Shown here one piece after another: positions 38,815 through 49,754 of a stretch of 64,000 nt of DNA. Source of the DNA: a bacterium (GTDB lineage Bacteria > UBA8248); the NCBI GenBank assembly GCA_965221165.1, contig CBDCRP010000002.1:1344001-1408000 (forward strand), in the 5' to 3' direction. How positions within the stretch are numbered: position 1 is the first letter of the stretch; each line of letters starts with the position of its first letter. Under the pieces are notes generated by a model. It was not told the origin of the DNA. It saw nothing but the letters and a program-made list of their open reading frames with translations, and ran no database searches. The translations under genes were made by a program, and so were the position numbers.

Positions 38815-41145
38815 CTACCCTACTTCGACGCCTTCATTATGAATTGCCATGGCAACGCTCTCCGGCGTGATGGGCAACTTGGTAAAGCGATGACCGACAG
38901 CGTCCCGTACGGCATTTGAAATCGCAGCCAAAGTTGGCACCAGAGCGCTCTCTCCCACGCCCTTGGCGCCATAGGGTCCAGTCGCATTGGCCGCTTCCAC
39001 GATAATGGTAGTGAACTCGGGCGTATCCATCGAAACAGGAATCTCGTATCGCGCCAGATCTGGCGTGAGTACACGACCCTCGTGTACGTCGATTTCCTCG
39101 ATCAAGGCTTGTCCAATGCCCATTTCGATGCCCCCTTCTATCTGCCCGGTCACCCCTTGGGGGTTAATGGCTCGCCCCACATCATGGGCGGCAATCATCC
39201 GCTTCACCCAAACCTCTCCCGTACTCGGGTCAACCGCTACATCCGCCACCTGTACGCCATAGCTGTATACCATGAATGGCTCGCCCTCTCCGGTTTCGGG
39301 ATTAAACGTCAAAGGCCCCGTACTGAACCAGCCCTGGCCGGTAATCTGTTTCCCGACCAAAAGCGCCTGTGAGACAACCTCAGCAAATGAGAGGGAACGT
39401 TCAGGCGCGCTCTTGATAAACACTTTGCCGTTCCTGAAGGCCACATCTTCCGCCGGACCTTCGAGCATTTCCGCCGCCACGGGGGATAAGATTCCCCGAA
39501 CTTCCGCGATGGCCTCGCATATCGCATTACCAGGAATCGTGGTGGAGCGTGAGCCTGCCGTAAAACCACTCTCCGGAACGGCATCTGTATCCACCTGCAT
39601 GACGCGTACATCCTCAAAGCGCACGCCCATCGCTTCCGCCGCAATCTGGGCGAGGACCGTGTGCGAACCCTGCCCGAGTTCGATGATTCCGACGCCCACT
39701 TGAACTTTTCCATCATCGGTGACATGAACCTGGGCGCCGCAAGAATCCGAGGGCGATGCGGCACCCGTGGAATACCAAAATCCCGCCATGCCACGGCCAT
39801 ACAACAGTCCATTGCCGTTCGCGTTTTTTCGCGGATGCGGCCCGAGCGCTTTTTCCGCTTTATCGAGACAATCCATATAGCCCACACTCTGGTCCAATAC
39901 CTGACGGGTTGCGGTGGAAGAACCGAGTTTATAGCCGTTCAAACGCCTCAGTTCGAAGGGGTCCATTTCGAGAGAGAGAGCCAGCTCGTCCATCTGACTT
40001 TCAATCGCGAAATGCACCTGAGGAACACCCAAACCGCGCATGGCACAGGTATTGATGTTGTTCGTGAGCACGAGGTAGCCGTCGGCCCAAACGTTGTCGC
40101 ATTCATAAGCGCCGGAGGAATGGATAATCAATTTTTTAATAATGCCAGGTCCTACAGCGGCATATGGACCTTTGTTAAGATAGATGTGGATGTGCATGGC
40201 GGTGATTTTGCCATTTTTCTTGGCGCCGATTTTGTGTTGGATCACCGCGGGCACTCGTTTCGCCTTCCCGCCCAGGGATTCTTCCCTCGTGTAGTTGTAG
40301 ATGGCGGGGCGACGTGTTTTGAGAGCGACCAAGCCCGCCCGCATGGCGATTTCAATGGAGGTTTCCTCTTTTCCGCCAAAACCGCCACCCGGGGGAGTGG
40401 AGATGAACTGAATCTCGTTTTGTCCCAACCCCAGCACCGGAGCGATGACGCGCCTCACCATATGCGGGCATTGGGTGGGCCCAGTGCAGGTAATGGAGCC
40501 ATCGGGGTTGGGAACCACATAACCTGCATCGGGTTCGAGGTAGGCATGATCGATGAACTGGGTTTCATACGTATCCTCCAGCACGACATCCGCCTCTGCG
40601 AACCCCTTTTCAATATCGCCTTTTCGAATTTTCAAGTGAGTGAGCACATTGCCTTTCGCCACCGGATGATCCGGCTGGACAATAGGAGCATCATCTTTCA
40701 ATGCGTCTTGTGTTTCAAAAACGGCCGGAAGCGTTTTGGTTTTGACTTTCACTAACCCGGCCGCGAACTCCGCCTGCTCCAGCGTGTCCGCCGCCACGAT
40801 GGCCACGATATCTTGAAGTGAATAGATGCGCTTTTCCACCAAAACCGGCTGATCGGGCATCAACATCCCGTAGAGTTTCGCACCCGGAATGTCCTTTGAG
40901 GTCAGGACACAGGCGACGCCCGGCGCATTTTCGGCTACGGCCGAATCTACTCGCTCCAACGTTCCGCAAGCGATGGGGGCTGTAACTGGAACAACATAGA
41001 GCGGGTTAATCAGTTTGTGGTCCGCAGCGAATACGGGCGAACCGTCCGCTTTTGGTGGGCCATCCACCCGGGGCACATCGGTGCCGATAAGATCTCCATC
41101 ATCATCAGGCCCACCGAACATCTCTTGATAAAAACGCTCTGGCAT
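38815..41145 (-). CDS. Xanthine dehydrogenase family molybdopterin-binding subunit
   Basis: HAYLEP, GGGFGGKE, AMRG.G.PQ, GQG..T..AQ, GSR.T, GQIEGG and GAKGVGE. Confidence 0.93.
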   Translation of the reverse strand: MPERFYQEMFGGPDDDGDLIGTDVPRVDGPPKADGSPVFAADHKLINPLYVVPVTAPIACGTLERVDSAVAENAPGVACVLTSKDIPGAKLYGMLMPDQPVLVEKRIYSLQDIVAIVAADTLEQAEFAAGLVKVKTKTLPAVFETQDALKDDAPIVQPDHPVAKGNVLTHLKIRKGDIEKGFAEADVVLEDTYETQFIDHAYLEPDAGYVVPNPDGSITCTGPTQCPHMVRRVIAPVLGLGQNEIQFISTPPGGGFGGKEETSIEIAMRAGLVALKTRRPAIYNYTREESLGGKAKRVPAVIQHKIGAKKNGKITAMHIHIYLNKGPYAAVGPGIIKKLIIHSSGAYECDNVWADGYLVLTNNINTCAMRGLGVPQVHFAIESQMDELALSLEMDPFELRRLNGYKLGSSTATRQVLDQSVGYMDCLDKAEKALGPHPRKNANGNGLLYGRGMAGFWYSTGAASPSDSCGAQVHVTDDGKVQVGVGIIELGQGSHTVLAQIAAEAMGVRFEDVRVMQVDTDAVPESGFTAGSRSTTIPGNAICEAIAEVRGILSPVAAEMLEGPAEDVAFRNGKVFIKSAPERSLSFAEVVSQALLVGKQITGQGWFSTGPLTFNPETGEGEPFMVYSYGVQVADVAVDPSTGEVWVKRMIAAHDVGRAINPQGVTGQIEGGIEMGIGQALIEEIDVHEGRVLTPDLARYEIPVSMDTPEFTTIIVEAANATGPYGAKGVGESALVPTLAAISNAVRDAVGHRFTKLPITPESVAMAIHNEGVEVG

Positions 41146-41229
41146 TACAATCCCCCACTCAAAAAAGATTCATGTTACTCGATATGATGGATTTGATTCG
41201 CATGATTGCAAAGAAATAGATGCAATGAC

Positions 41230-42147
41230 TTAGTTTGACTCCGACCCACCAGGTCTTCTCCTGAACAAGCGCTCTATCTCATCAGCCACCTCTGCTCCGG
41301 GAGGCAGCTTTCCCTCTTCTTCCCCGGGTTCTCCATCGAACGCATCCTGAAAATCCACGCCTGGAATTTCATCGGGAATCTGGCCTTTTTGAATATCCTC
41401 GACATATTTGGCAATGCGAGGATCTCTGGCGATGATTTGCTCGACCTGCCCGTCAAACGTATTGATGGCGATGTCAAAATCCTCTAAGGATATTTCAAAG
41501 CCTCCCAGGGTACTCAATTTGTCCAAAAGCGCGCACGTTGCTTTTGGGTTGGAAAGAGAAGCAATGTAGTGCGGCACGTTCACCCACAAACTCACTGCTG
41601 GGAAACCTTCATCCTGCATGAGCGTATGGATGACGCCCACAATTCCCGTAGGCCCTTCATAGCGCGTTATCTCCACGCCCGAGGGTTCTACTAATGACGG
41701 ATCGGTGGCAATAGCCATCAAATGGCTGGGCTGGGTATGCAATTCTCCCGCAAGTAATGCCCCCATCGTCACGATCATCCGTGCACCGTAATGGTTATTT
41801 ATATCCAGCACATCGCCACTAAAATGTTTCCATCTCAAGTGGGGTTCGGTGCCGATCCCGACAATGAGATCCCGCGCAAGGTCTGGCGTACGACAATAGA
41901 AAAATTCGTTCGATGGCCATGTAATTCGCCGCTCGCCGGATTCACTGAGTTTAACGGTAGGCCTCTGATCCGCAAACTGGAAAAAATCATCCGATTGGAT
42001 TTGCGCTACTCGTTTTCCCTGGAAATGCTGAACCAGATAGCGCGCCGCCGCCGTTGCGGACTCCGCCGCATCGTTCCATCCAGAGAACGCCATTATAAGT
42101 AAAGGATCGTTGGCGTCCTCCACTTCGTGGAAAAACGTAACGCCCAT
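41230..42147 (-). CDS. PAC2 family protein (proteasome assembly chaperone-like)
   Basis: AFSGWNDAAESAT, RPTV, EPHLRW, YEGPTGIVGV and W..VPHY...NPKA. Confidence 0.85.
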   Translation of the reverse strand: MGVTFFHEVEDANDPLLIMAFSGWNDAAESATAAARYLVQHFQGKRVAQIQSDDFFQFADQRPTVKLSESGERRITWPSNEFFYCRTPDLARDLIVGIGTEPHLRWKHFSGDVLDINNHYGARMIVTMGALLAGELHTQPSHLMAIATDPSLVEPSGVEITRYEGPTGIVGVIHTLMQDEGFPAVSLWVNVPHYIASLSNPKATCALLDKLSTLGGFEISLEDFDIAINTFDGQVEQIIARDPRIAKYVEDIQKGQIPDEIPGVDFQDAFDGEPGEEEGKLPPGAEVADEIERLFRRRPGGSESN

Positions 42148-42371
42148 ATTCAACACCTCCAGTCTGACATCGTATTTCTAAATTTTTCCATATTCAACCT
42201 GACGTTTTCGCCTTTCAACACCAAAAATCGATGAAACCCATGGCTCGTGAAATCTTCCTCTTAGCGGCACCCACAACCCCAAATCGCTGGTCACGGCAAC
42301 ACTCACCGTGGGATAGTATTTTGTTCTCACATACATGCTTCGACCAAGTTGCCCCACCTTAAGCGGCCTTT

Positions 42372-43577
42372 TCAACCTCCTTTTGGAAAATCGCCATCTT
42401 CTGGCGGATAAGTGAACAAATTGCTCCTGTGTCCTTCCAACCCGGGCGTTTCCCATGAGGGCGTTCCCCCTGGCGGGGGCATCTCGCCTCGTGCTGAGTC
42501 TTTCTGCAGTCTGCTCCATGCCGCTTTGAGATCCTGCGTGTGTCCTCTGTAGTGCGGCATCACGTATCGCGCGAACAACTCGAGTGAGTCTCTTATTTTT
42601 TTATCGCCTACCCATTCATGCGTCGTTAGCATAAGGCCGCCGAATCCGCCGGTTTCCTCTTGTATTTTCTCGATCACCTCAATCGCGTCATCCGGAGTGC
42701 CCACCATCCAGTATCTTTGCTCTGCGGCTGTTTTCGGCGTGATCTCGGAGCGCGGTTGATCGGGATACGCCTCATAAGCAGGCTTCAAACCGATATCCAT
42801 GAAGTAATTCATATCGCGAAGAGCGAACTCTTCTACGTCGGCCCAGGCCTTCTCGCGGCTTTCGGCAAGATGCACGTACGTGGTGATTCTCCAGTTCTCG
42901 CGCGATACTCGCGTGCCGTGTCTTCGAGCGCATTCCTCCATATGGGGCCATTGCTCGGAGAGTGAGAGGTTATCCATGATTTTCTTGCCGCCGAAGGAGA
43001 GTAATATCATCTCGTACTGAGCGGCCATATCAATCGCCCCGCGGCTTCCCGCCGATGCGATGGCAAGCGGCATTCTAGGATTTTGATAGGAACGTACCTG
43101 GAGGCAAACATTTCGCAACTTCCAGAACCGGCCCTCATAGTCAAACGGCTCGGGCGATTCCAGGAGTTTGACCATGATATCCACTGATTCGCGCAGCATC
43201 GGACGCAGATCGCCCGGATGAATGTCAAACAACTTGATGTCGCTCGCCAAATTGCTCGGGCCCACTCCCAAAATGGCGCGCCCTTTGGTGAGCTGGTCCA
43301 AAAACGCCATTCGTTCCGCCAAGTGAAACGGATGATGATACGGAACGCTAAGCACAGACGTACCCAAGCGGATTCGCTTCGCTTTGGCCGCTGCCATGGC
43401 AAGGGCCATCTCGGGTGCTGGAATCGTCTCCCACCCCCCGGAATGGTGCTCTCCAATATAGAATTCATCAAAATCGAGTTCATCAACATATTCGATGAGT
43501 GAGATATCACGCTGATAGGCAAGCGATGGATTTTCAGAGGGATGATGAATCGGCATCATGAAAAAAGAAAATTTCAA
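42372..43577 (-). CDS. LLM class flavin-dependent monooxygenase
   Basis: F.MP.H, GEHHSGGWE, IRLGT.V, LDQLTKGR..LGVGP and S.ELFARYVMP. Confidence 0.9.
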   Translation of the reverse strand: MKFSFFMMPIHHPSENPSLAYQRDISLIEYVDELDFDEFYIGEHHSGGWETIPAPEMALAMAAAKAKRIRLGTSVLSVPYHHPFHLAERMAFLDQLTKGRAILGVGPSNLASDIKLFDIHPGDLRPMLRESVDIMVKLLESPEPFDYEGRFWKLRNVCLQVRSYQNPRMPLAIASAGSRGAIDMAAQYEMILLSFGGKKIMDNLSLSEQWPHMEECARRHGTRVSRENWRITTYVHLAESREKAWADVEEFALRDMNYFMDIGLKPAYEAYPDQPRSEITPKTAAEQRYWMVGTPDDAIEVIEKIQEETGGFGGLMLTTHEWVGDKKIRDSLELFARYVMPHYRGHTQDLKAAWSRLQKDSARGEMPPPGGTPSWETPGLEGHRSNLFTYPPEDGDFPKGG

Positions 43578-43770
43578 GTCGAGTCCCCTCCGATAAACTG
43601 TGAACAGGAAAATGAGGAATCCATCAAGTTATGATATCCTATTTATGGATTTCCGGCATCCCGCAATCAAAATCAAAACTTTCCTTCTCTTGCCAACACT
43701 CTTTAATTCCTCCATTATCCCCGCGCTTTGGGCGCATTCCCGAATGTCTCGAAACCTGTTCGAGGGAAAA

Positions 43771-45576
43771 ATGGCTATCACGAAACGAACCGATCTGAGA
43801 AATCTCGCCATTATCGCTCATGTCGATCACGGCAAAACCACCCTGGTGGACTCCATGCTCTGGCAAAGCGGCATCTTCCGCGAAGGGCAAGATGTGGTTG
43901 AGCGTGTCCTGGATTCGATGGATCTCGAGCGAGAAAAGGGAATCACCATCATGGCGAAAAACTGCGCCATTGATTTCAAAGGAATACGCTACAACATCGT
44001 GGACACACCGGGCCATGCGGATTTCGGCGGCGAGGTGGAGCGCGTCCTCTCCATGGTGGATGGCGTGATGCTTTTGGTCGACGCTTCGGAAGGCCCTCTG
44101 CCGCAAACGCGGTTCGTGGTCAGCAAAGCCCTGGAGCGAGAGCTCCCCTTCGTCGTGGTCATTAATAAAATAGACCGTCCGGACGCAAGACCAGAGCAAG
44201 TTCTCGACGAAATTTACGATCTGTTCATCGATCTGGACGCCGGAGAAACCCAGCTTGATTTTCCCGTGCTCTACGCCATCGCTCGAGATGGCAAGGCCGG
44301 CCCCGAGCCCGACGCTCTCTCTCCCACACTCGAACACTTGTTCCATACACTCCAGAGCACGATACCTCCCCCCTCATATGATGCAGATAAGCCACTTCAG
44401 ATGCTCGTCTCCCGCCTCGAATACGACAATTACGTGGGTCGTCTCTCCATCGGGCGAATCTGGAATGGGCAACTCAATGCAAAGGCCCAAACCATTGTTT
44501 TGGGACAAAAAGGGAGCAAGGTGAAAGGAGAGATCGCTTCTTTATTCGGCTATGAAGGATTGAGCCGCTACCAAATGGAACAAGCGCGTGGCGGCGACAT
44601 CGTTGCCGTAGCCGGTTTAGAGCACGTGGAAATCGGGGACACTATTGCAGATGTGGACAACCCGGTTGCGCTACCAGTCATTACCGTTGATGAACCCACC
44701 ATCGCCATGAATTTCAGGATCAACGATACTCCCCTGGCGGGTCGTAGCGGGAAATACCTCACCTCGCGCCAGATTCGAGAGCGACTCCTGCGGGAGGCGA
44801 GAAATAACGTGGCCATCAGAGTCGAGGAAACCGACTCCGCGGATGCCTTGCGCGTGTCCGGCCGCGGTTCTTTGCAACTCGCCGTGCTGATCGAGCAACT
44901 CAGGCGCGAGAAATATGAAATCACCGTTGGCCGACCCGAGGTTATTACGCGCAAAGAAAACGGCAAGACCACAGAGCCCATGGAAAATGTGGTGGTGGAC
45001 GCCCCGGAAGAATTCATCGGCGCCATCACACAGAGTTTGGGCGCGCGCAAAGGACAAATGACTAAAATGATCAACCATGGCAAAGGGCGCGCGCGGCTTG
45101 AGTTTTCCATTCCCAGTCGGGGTCTCATCGGCTATCGCAACGAATTCCTCACCCAAACGCGGGGAACGGGCATTCTCACCCACATTTTCGCCGGATGGGG
45201 GGAATGGGCGGGCGAACTTCCTAGCAGATCGACAGGAGCATTGATATCGGACCGCGCGGGCAAAGCCACATCATACGCGGTGGAGAACATCCAAGAGCGC
45301 GGAACTCTCTTCGTCGCTCCCGCAGAAGAAGTCTATGAGGGAATGATCATCGGTGAGAACAGCCGCGAACAAGATATGTTCGTGAACATTTCAAAGGAGA
45401 AGAAACTCACCAACATCCGGGCCGCCCATGCCGACATCTCCGCCCAACTCATACCGCCCAAACGATTCAGCCTGGAAGAAGCGCTCGAATTTTTGCGCGA
45501 GGGCGAATGCCTGGAAGTAACTCCCGAAACCTTCCGGTTACGTAAAACGGAACTAAAGGCCAGAAAACACGCTTAA
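43771..45576 (+). CDS. typA: Translational GTPase TypA/BipA
   Basis: [44 protein letters not shown] and K.KKLTNIR. Confidence 0.97.
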   Translation: MAITKRTDLRNLAIIAHVDHGKTTLVDSMLWQSGIFREGQDVVERVLDSMDLEREKGITIMAKNCAIDFKGIRYNIVDTPGHADFGGEVERVLSMVDGVMLLVDASEGPLPQTRFVVSKALERELPFVVVINKIDRPDARPEQVLDEIYDLFIDLDAGETQLDFPVLYAIARDGKAGPEPDALSPTLEHLFHTLQSTIPPPSYDADKPLQMLVSRLEYDNYVGRLSIGRIWNGQLNAKAQTIVLGQKGSKVKGEIASLFGYEGLSRYQMEQARGGDIVAVAGLEHVEIGDTIADVDNPVALPVITVDEPTIAMNFRINDTPLAGRSGKYLTSRQIRERLLREARNNVAIRVEETDSADALRVSGRGSLQLAVLIEQLRREKYEITVGRPEVITRKENGKTTEPMENVVVDAPEEFIGAITQSLGARKGQMTKMINHGKGRARLEFSIPSRGLIGYRNEFLTQTRGTGILTHIFAGWGEWAGELPSRSTGALISDRAGKATSYAVENIQERGTLFVAPAEEVYEGMIIGENSREQDMFVNISKEKKLTNIRAAHADISAQLIPPKRFSLEEALEFLREGECLEVTPETFRLRKTELKARKHA

Positions 45577-45580
45577 GGCT

Positions 45581-46078
45581 CTAGTCATCCAGCGCCTTGT
45601 TCCACTCTGCAATCCTATCTTTTTGCGCTTCGAACAGCCCGGAGGCGTCACCCTCGATCTCGACTTTCTCAATCCCGTCGCCCTGCTCAATCGCATCCAC
45701 CACGTCTTGACCGGAAGTGACGCGCCCGAAAACAGTATGTTTGCCATCAAGCCAGGCAGTGGGTACATGGGTGATGAAAAACTGAGAACCATTCGTGCCC
45801 GGCCCTGCATTCGCCATCGAGAGAACGCCCGGACCGTCATGGGGAAGGTCGGGGGAGCATTCATCTTCGAATTGATAGCCGGGCCCACCCGTTCCCGCGC
45901 CCAAAGGGCAGCCTCCCTGAATCATGAAATCAGAAATCACGCGGTGAAAAACAAGACCGTCGTAGAAGCCCCGCTGGGCGAGGTTCACAAAGCTCGCCAC
46001 CGTCACCGGGGTCTTGTCTTCATGCAAATCAAGCCGTATCTCACCCCGGCTCGTCGTTATTACAGCGGAAAGCACCAT
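45581..46078 (-). CDS. Cyclophilin-type peptidyl-prolyl isomerase
   Basis: FYDGL.FHRVI..FMIQGG and [18 protein letters not shown]...[10 protein letters not shown]. Confidence 0.96.
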   Translation of the reverse strand: MVLSAVITTSRGEIRLDLHEDKTPVTVASFVNLAQRGFYDGLVFHRVISDFMIQGGCPLGAGTGGPGYQFEDECSPDLPHDGPGVLSMANAGPGTNGSQFFITHVPTAWLDGKHTVFGRVTSGQDVVDAIEQGDGIEKVEIEGDASGLFEAQKDRIAEWNKALDD

Positions 46079-46197
46079 GAATTGCTCCTTTAGTATTTTG
46101 GTGGACGCAAAGCACATCGTCGCTCATAAGTGAGCGAAAAATGAACCTCAAGGTCGACGGCGAAGAGTAACAGTGTCATCCTTTCGGGTCTAAGGCC

Positions 46198-47211
46198 TCA
46201 CGGGTTTCCTTTCAGTTCGAAAATCTCCGCCAAAAGCTCATAGGATTTCACTCTGGCCTCAAAGCTGTGCATCACGTTCACGATAATGAGTTCCTCGACT
46301 TTGTGTTCGAAAGCCAAAGTATCGAGCTTGTTCTTGACCTGCTCCGGATCTCCAGCGATGGTTCTGCTGTCGATATCCTGAGCGAAGGCGCGTTCCATGT
46401 TCGTCCACGGGTAGGCGAGCGCCTCCTCGGGCGTGGGCACGCCGCCTCCCTCGCCACGACGGCTTCTGAGCATCACCAGAGGTCTGCTGGCTGCATGGTA
46501 GAGCGCTTCTTCTTCGCTCGGCGCGCAAATCACAAAAACTGCGAGGCTCCCCATAGGCGCTTTGCATTTGACCGACGGCCGAAAATCCCTGCGGTACATA
46601 TCCATCATCTGGACGCTGCCATACGTGTTGATGAAATGCGCGAAAGAAAACGCGCAACCAAAACGAGCGGCTAGAATCACGCTTTGATCCGAAGTTCCCA
46701 AGAGCCACATTTCGGGCGCCGTCTTTCCGGTGGGCATGGCGCTTATTCGGGCGAAGGGATGATCCTCCGGCAACGACCCTTCAATCCAACCTCGAAGGTC
46801 AGAGACTTTTTGCGGGAAATCATCGTAGCGAAAACCACTCTGCTCGGGCGCCAAAGCTGCGGACGTGAGCCTGTCGGCCCCGGGGGCGCGGCCCAAACCC
46901 AAATCAATGCGGCCCGGGTAGAGAGTCTCCAGCACCCGAAACGATTCGGCCACCCTGAGCGCGCTGTAATGACTGAGCATAACCCCGCCCGATCCCACGC
47001 GAATCGTCTGCGTCGTCGCAGCGATCTGACCGATCAAAACTTCGGGCGACGTGCCCGCGAACGCCCCGTGGCTGTGATGTTCCGCCAACCAGTAGCGATG
47101 GTAGCCCAGGCGCTCGGCGGCTTGCGCCAACTGGACGGTCTCACCTATGGCGTCCGCTGCCGTTCCTCCCGAGCGGATAGGAGATTGATCCAAAACACTC
47201 AAACGAATCAT
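46198..47211 (-). CDS. LLM class luciferase-like oxidoreductase (YhbW-like)
   Basis: LSVLDQSP, RYWLAEHH, IRVGSGGVML.HYS and PGRIDLGLGRAPG. Confidence 0.92.
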   Translation of the reverse strand: MIRLSVLDQSPIRSGGTAADAIGETVQLAQAAERLGYHRYWLAEHHSHGAFAGTSPEVLIGQIAATTQTIRVGSGGVMLSHYSALRVAESFRVLETLYPGRIDLGLGRAPGADRLTSAALAPEQSGFRYDDFPQKVSDLRGWIEGSLPEDHPFARISAMPTGKTAPEMWLLGTSDQSVILAARFGCAFSFAHFINTYGSVQMMDMYRRDFRPSVKCKAPMGSLAVFVICAPSEEEALYHAASRPLVMLRSRRGEGGGVPTPEEALAYPWTNMERAFAQDIDSRTIAGDPEQVKNKLDTLAFEHKVEELIIVNVMHSFEARVKSYELLAEIFELKGNP

Positions 47212-47251
47212 CTATTCGAGGACCATTTGAAAGGAGATTTTTTGAGAAATT

Positions 47252-47899
47252 TTATTTTTGAACTGGCTTTACCTGAATATATTCTTCGAGATGAATAACA
47301 CCTTTCGTTCCGCGAATAATCTGAAGGACCAGTTTTTTTTCGAACTCCGTTCTTGCCCGGCCGATGATATAAACCTTGTTTCGCACGGACTGCCAGCGGT
47401 AATTCACGGAATTCACGCCCTCCGTCGCCAAGAGCTGGCCCTTGAGCTTTGCTTCTATCCATACATCGCTGGCGATTCGGCTGATTTTGACGATATCGCG
47501 CTCCACGGCCGGTTTCGTCTTCGCCGCCGCGCGGTTGCGCTCCACTTCGGCTGAAGAACCGAGAACAATATGATTATAAATGGCTTTGATTCTGGGGTCT
47601 CCCCGCGCAATGCTCAAAACGGCTTCTCGCTTTCTCTCCGTATCCACCACGCCGGTCAGCAACACCCTCCCCTCCCACACGTTCGTATCCACATCCACCG
47701 GCAAACCGCTATCGAAGTACAAATATTCTTTCAGCAAATTCGCATGTATTTTCGCATCTTCAAGTTGCCGGCTCAGAGGACGGTCCTCCAGAGCGCTCTT
47801 TATACCCTTTTGGACGACCATAACCACCGCGGGCACACATCCACTTAATGCTAAAACCAAAAATGCGGTGATGAAGATGAATTTGGTGAATTTACGCAC
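47252..47899 (-). CDS. BON domain lipoprotein (DolP/OsmY-like)
   Basis: Lipobox LSGC after a hydrophobic leader, and two BON repeats (EGRVLLTG; D.WI..K.K..LL). Confidence 0.85.
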   Translation of the reverse strand: MRKFTKFIFITAFLVLALSGCVPAVVMVVQKGIKSALEDRPLSRQLEDAKIHANLLKEYLYFDSGLPVDVDTNVWEGRVLLTGVVDTERKREAVLSIARGDPRIKAIYNHIVLGSSAEVERNRAAAKTKPAVERDIVKISRIASDVWIEAKLKGQLLATEGVNSVNYRWQSVRNKVYIIGRARTEFEKKLVLQIIRGTKGVIHLEEYIQVKPVQK

Positions 47900-48139
47900 A
47901 TATTCCCCTGGAGGGCGGAGTGGAACGAGTTCGCTCTTTATTTTGCCTCCAGGCTTGCGCGGAAGCAAGCGCCAAGAAATCAAATAAGAACCCCTCATGG
48001 CGCTCTCGCGTCATTGTCGACAACGTTCCGCTTTTTCAATTGCAATACTTTTTGGGAAAAAGCATCATATCTTTATTCATGAATGAATGGCTGTATCCAT
48101 CAAATGCGTGCATGAACTTTGCTTGACCAGGAGAGCAAA

Positions 48140-48340
48140 ATGCCGATTTCAGATGATGCGTTGAAAACTCGGTGCGGCGACCTCTTTGGAGATCAACTCG
48201 ACGCCGAAAGGCGCGCCGTCATCATCGCCACTATGGAAAACCTTGAGAAAGGACATCCGCAATTGCTGGAGCACCTTTCGTCGCAAACAGAGCCTGCCGG
48301 ACACACCGGATTCTTGCGCTCCCTCGCGAGGGAGAAATAA
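48140..48340 (+). CDS. Small hypothetical protein, possible amidase accessory subunit
   Basis: RBS AGGAGAG, 66 aa, stop 1 nt before the amidase start, C-terminal EPA motif. Confidence 0.6.
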   Translation: MPISDDALKTRCGDLFGDQLDAERRAVIIATMENLEKGHPQLLEHLSSQTEPAGHTGFLRSLAREK

Positions 48341-48341
48341 A

Positions 48342-49754
48342 TTGACTAGCGACCCCACGAACCTCACCGCCTCGGAGATCGTCGAACAAATCAAAGAAAA
48401 AAGAATCAGTGCCGTTCAAGTCGCCGAGGCGCATCTGAAACGCTCGGAGAAAATCGGCGCTGCTTTGAATTCCTGGATTAAGCTGGATTCAGAGGGCGCT
48501 CTTAAGGCGGCGCAGGAAGTGGACGCCGCCATCGCCCGAGGTGACGACCCGGGGTCCATGGCCGGCGCGCCGATAGGCCTGAAAGATTTGATCGACATGC
48601 AAGGTTTGCCCACCACGGCGGGCAGCATCATCGATAAAGAGAACGTTGCGGAGGCTGATGCTCTGCTGACCCGGAAAATACGCCAAGCGGGCGGCGTGAT
48701 ACTCGGAAAACTCAACCTGCATGAATACGCCTTCGGCCCCACCGGGCACAATCCCCATTACGGAGACCAAAAAAACCCTTGGGATACCGAGCGGGTCACG
48801 GGCGGATCAAGCGGCGGATCAGGCAACAGTGTGGCAACGGGGCAGGTTTCCATCGCCATTGGTTCTGATACGGGTGGGTCTATTCGGATTCCCGCATCCT
48901 TGTGCGGCGTCATCGGACATAAACCCACCCATGGACTCGTCACAAAATCAAACTGCGCGCCGTTGTCATGGTCGCTCGATTCTTTCGGGCCACTGGCGAG
49001 ATCCTCACGAGACTGTGCACTGATGATGTCCGCCATTGCAGGACACAACCCGGCCGATGCCTCTTCCATTGCCGGAGATCCGCCTGACTTCATGGGCACG
49101 CTGAGCAAACCCATCGAAGAATTCCGCATCGGCCACGCGCGAGAATACTATGAACAACGCTCGGAACCTCCCGTGGCGGAAGCGGTGAACAATCTGGCCA
49201 AGGCTCTTCAGGAAGCGGGCGCCGAGGTAGTCGATATTGAAATACCCGACGTCGAAACCGCGTTTCATGCGGCTGCGGTGTTGATGGTATCCGAAGCGGC
49301 TGCCGTGCATGAGAAAAACATACGAGAAAAGGCGCAAGACTTTGATCCCGCAGTCTTGGAGAGAATCAGGCCTGGGTTTTTCATTCCCGCCACATCGTAT
49401 ATCCAGGCGCTTCGATTCCGGGAGCAATGGACAAAGCGCATATGCAAGGAAGTTTACGGCCAAGTCGACCTCGTTCTCTCCGCCGCCACACCGATTCCCG
49501 CCGCTTTGCGTTCTCAGTCTTCCGGAACCGTGCGAGGCAAAGAAGTTGAAATTCGAACGCTCATGATCTCTTTGACGAGGCTTTGGAATTTCCTTGGCGG
49601 GCCATCTACGGCTTTTCCCGTAGGCATGAGCGAAGAGGGTCTGCCGCTTGGAGCGCAAATCATGGGCGCGCCTTTTGCTGACCACCATACGCTGGCGTTT
49701 GTTCATCAATTGGAAAAAAGAGGTGTCGTGAAAGTCGAAAAACCGCCTCACTAG
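48342..49754 (+). CDS. Amidase signature family protein
   Basis: G.PIGLKD, GKLNLHE and GGSSGGS...[12 protein letters not shown] (Ser-cisSer-Lys triad). Confidence 0.95.
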   Translation: MTSDPTNLTASEIVEQIKEKRISAVQVAEAHLKRSEKIGAALNSWIKLDSEGALKAAQEVDAAIARGDDPGSMAGAPIGLKDLIDMQGLPTTAGSIIDKENVAEADALLTRKIRQAGGVILGKLNLHEYAFGPTGHNPHYGDQKNPWDTERVTGGSSGGSGNSVATGQVSIAIGSDTGGSIRIPASLCGVIGHKPTHGLVTKSNCAPLSWSLDSFGPLARSSRDCALMMSAIAGHNPADASSIAGDPPDFMGTLSKPIEEFRIGHAREYYEQRSEPPVAEAVNNLAKALQEAGAEVVDIEIPDVETAFHAAAVLMVSEAAAVHEKNIREKAQDFDPAVLERIRPGFFIPATSYIQALRFREQWTKRICKEVYGQVDLVLSAATPIPAALRSQSSGTVRGKEVEIRTLMISLTRLWNFLGGPSTAFPVGMSEEGLPLGAQIMGAPFADHHTLAFVHQLEKRGVVKVEKPPH

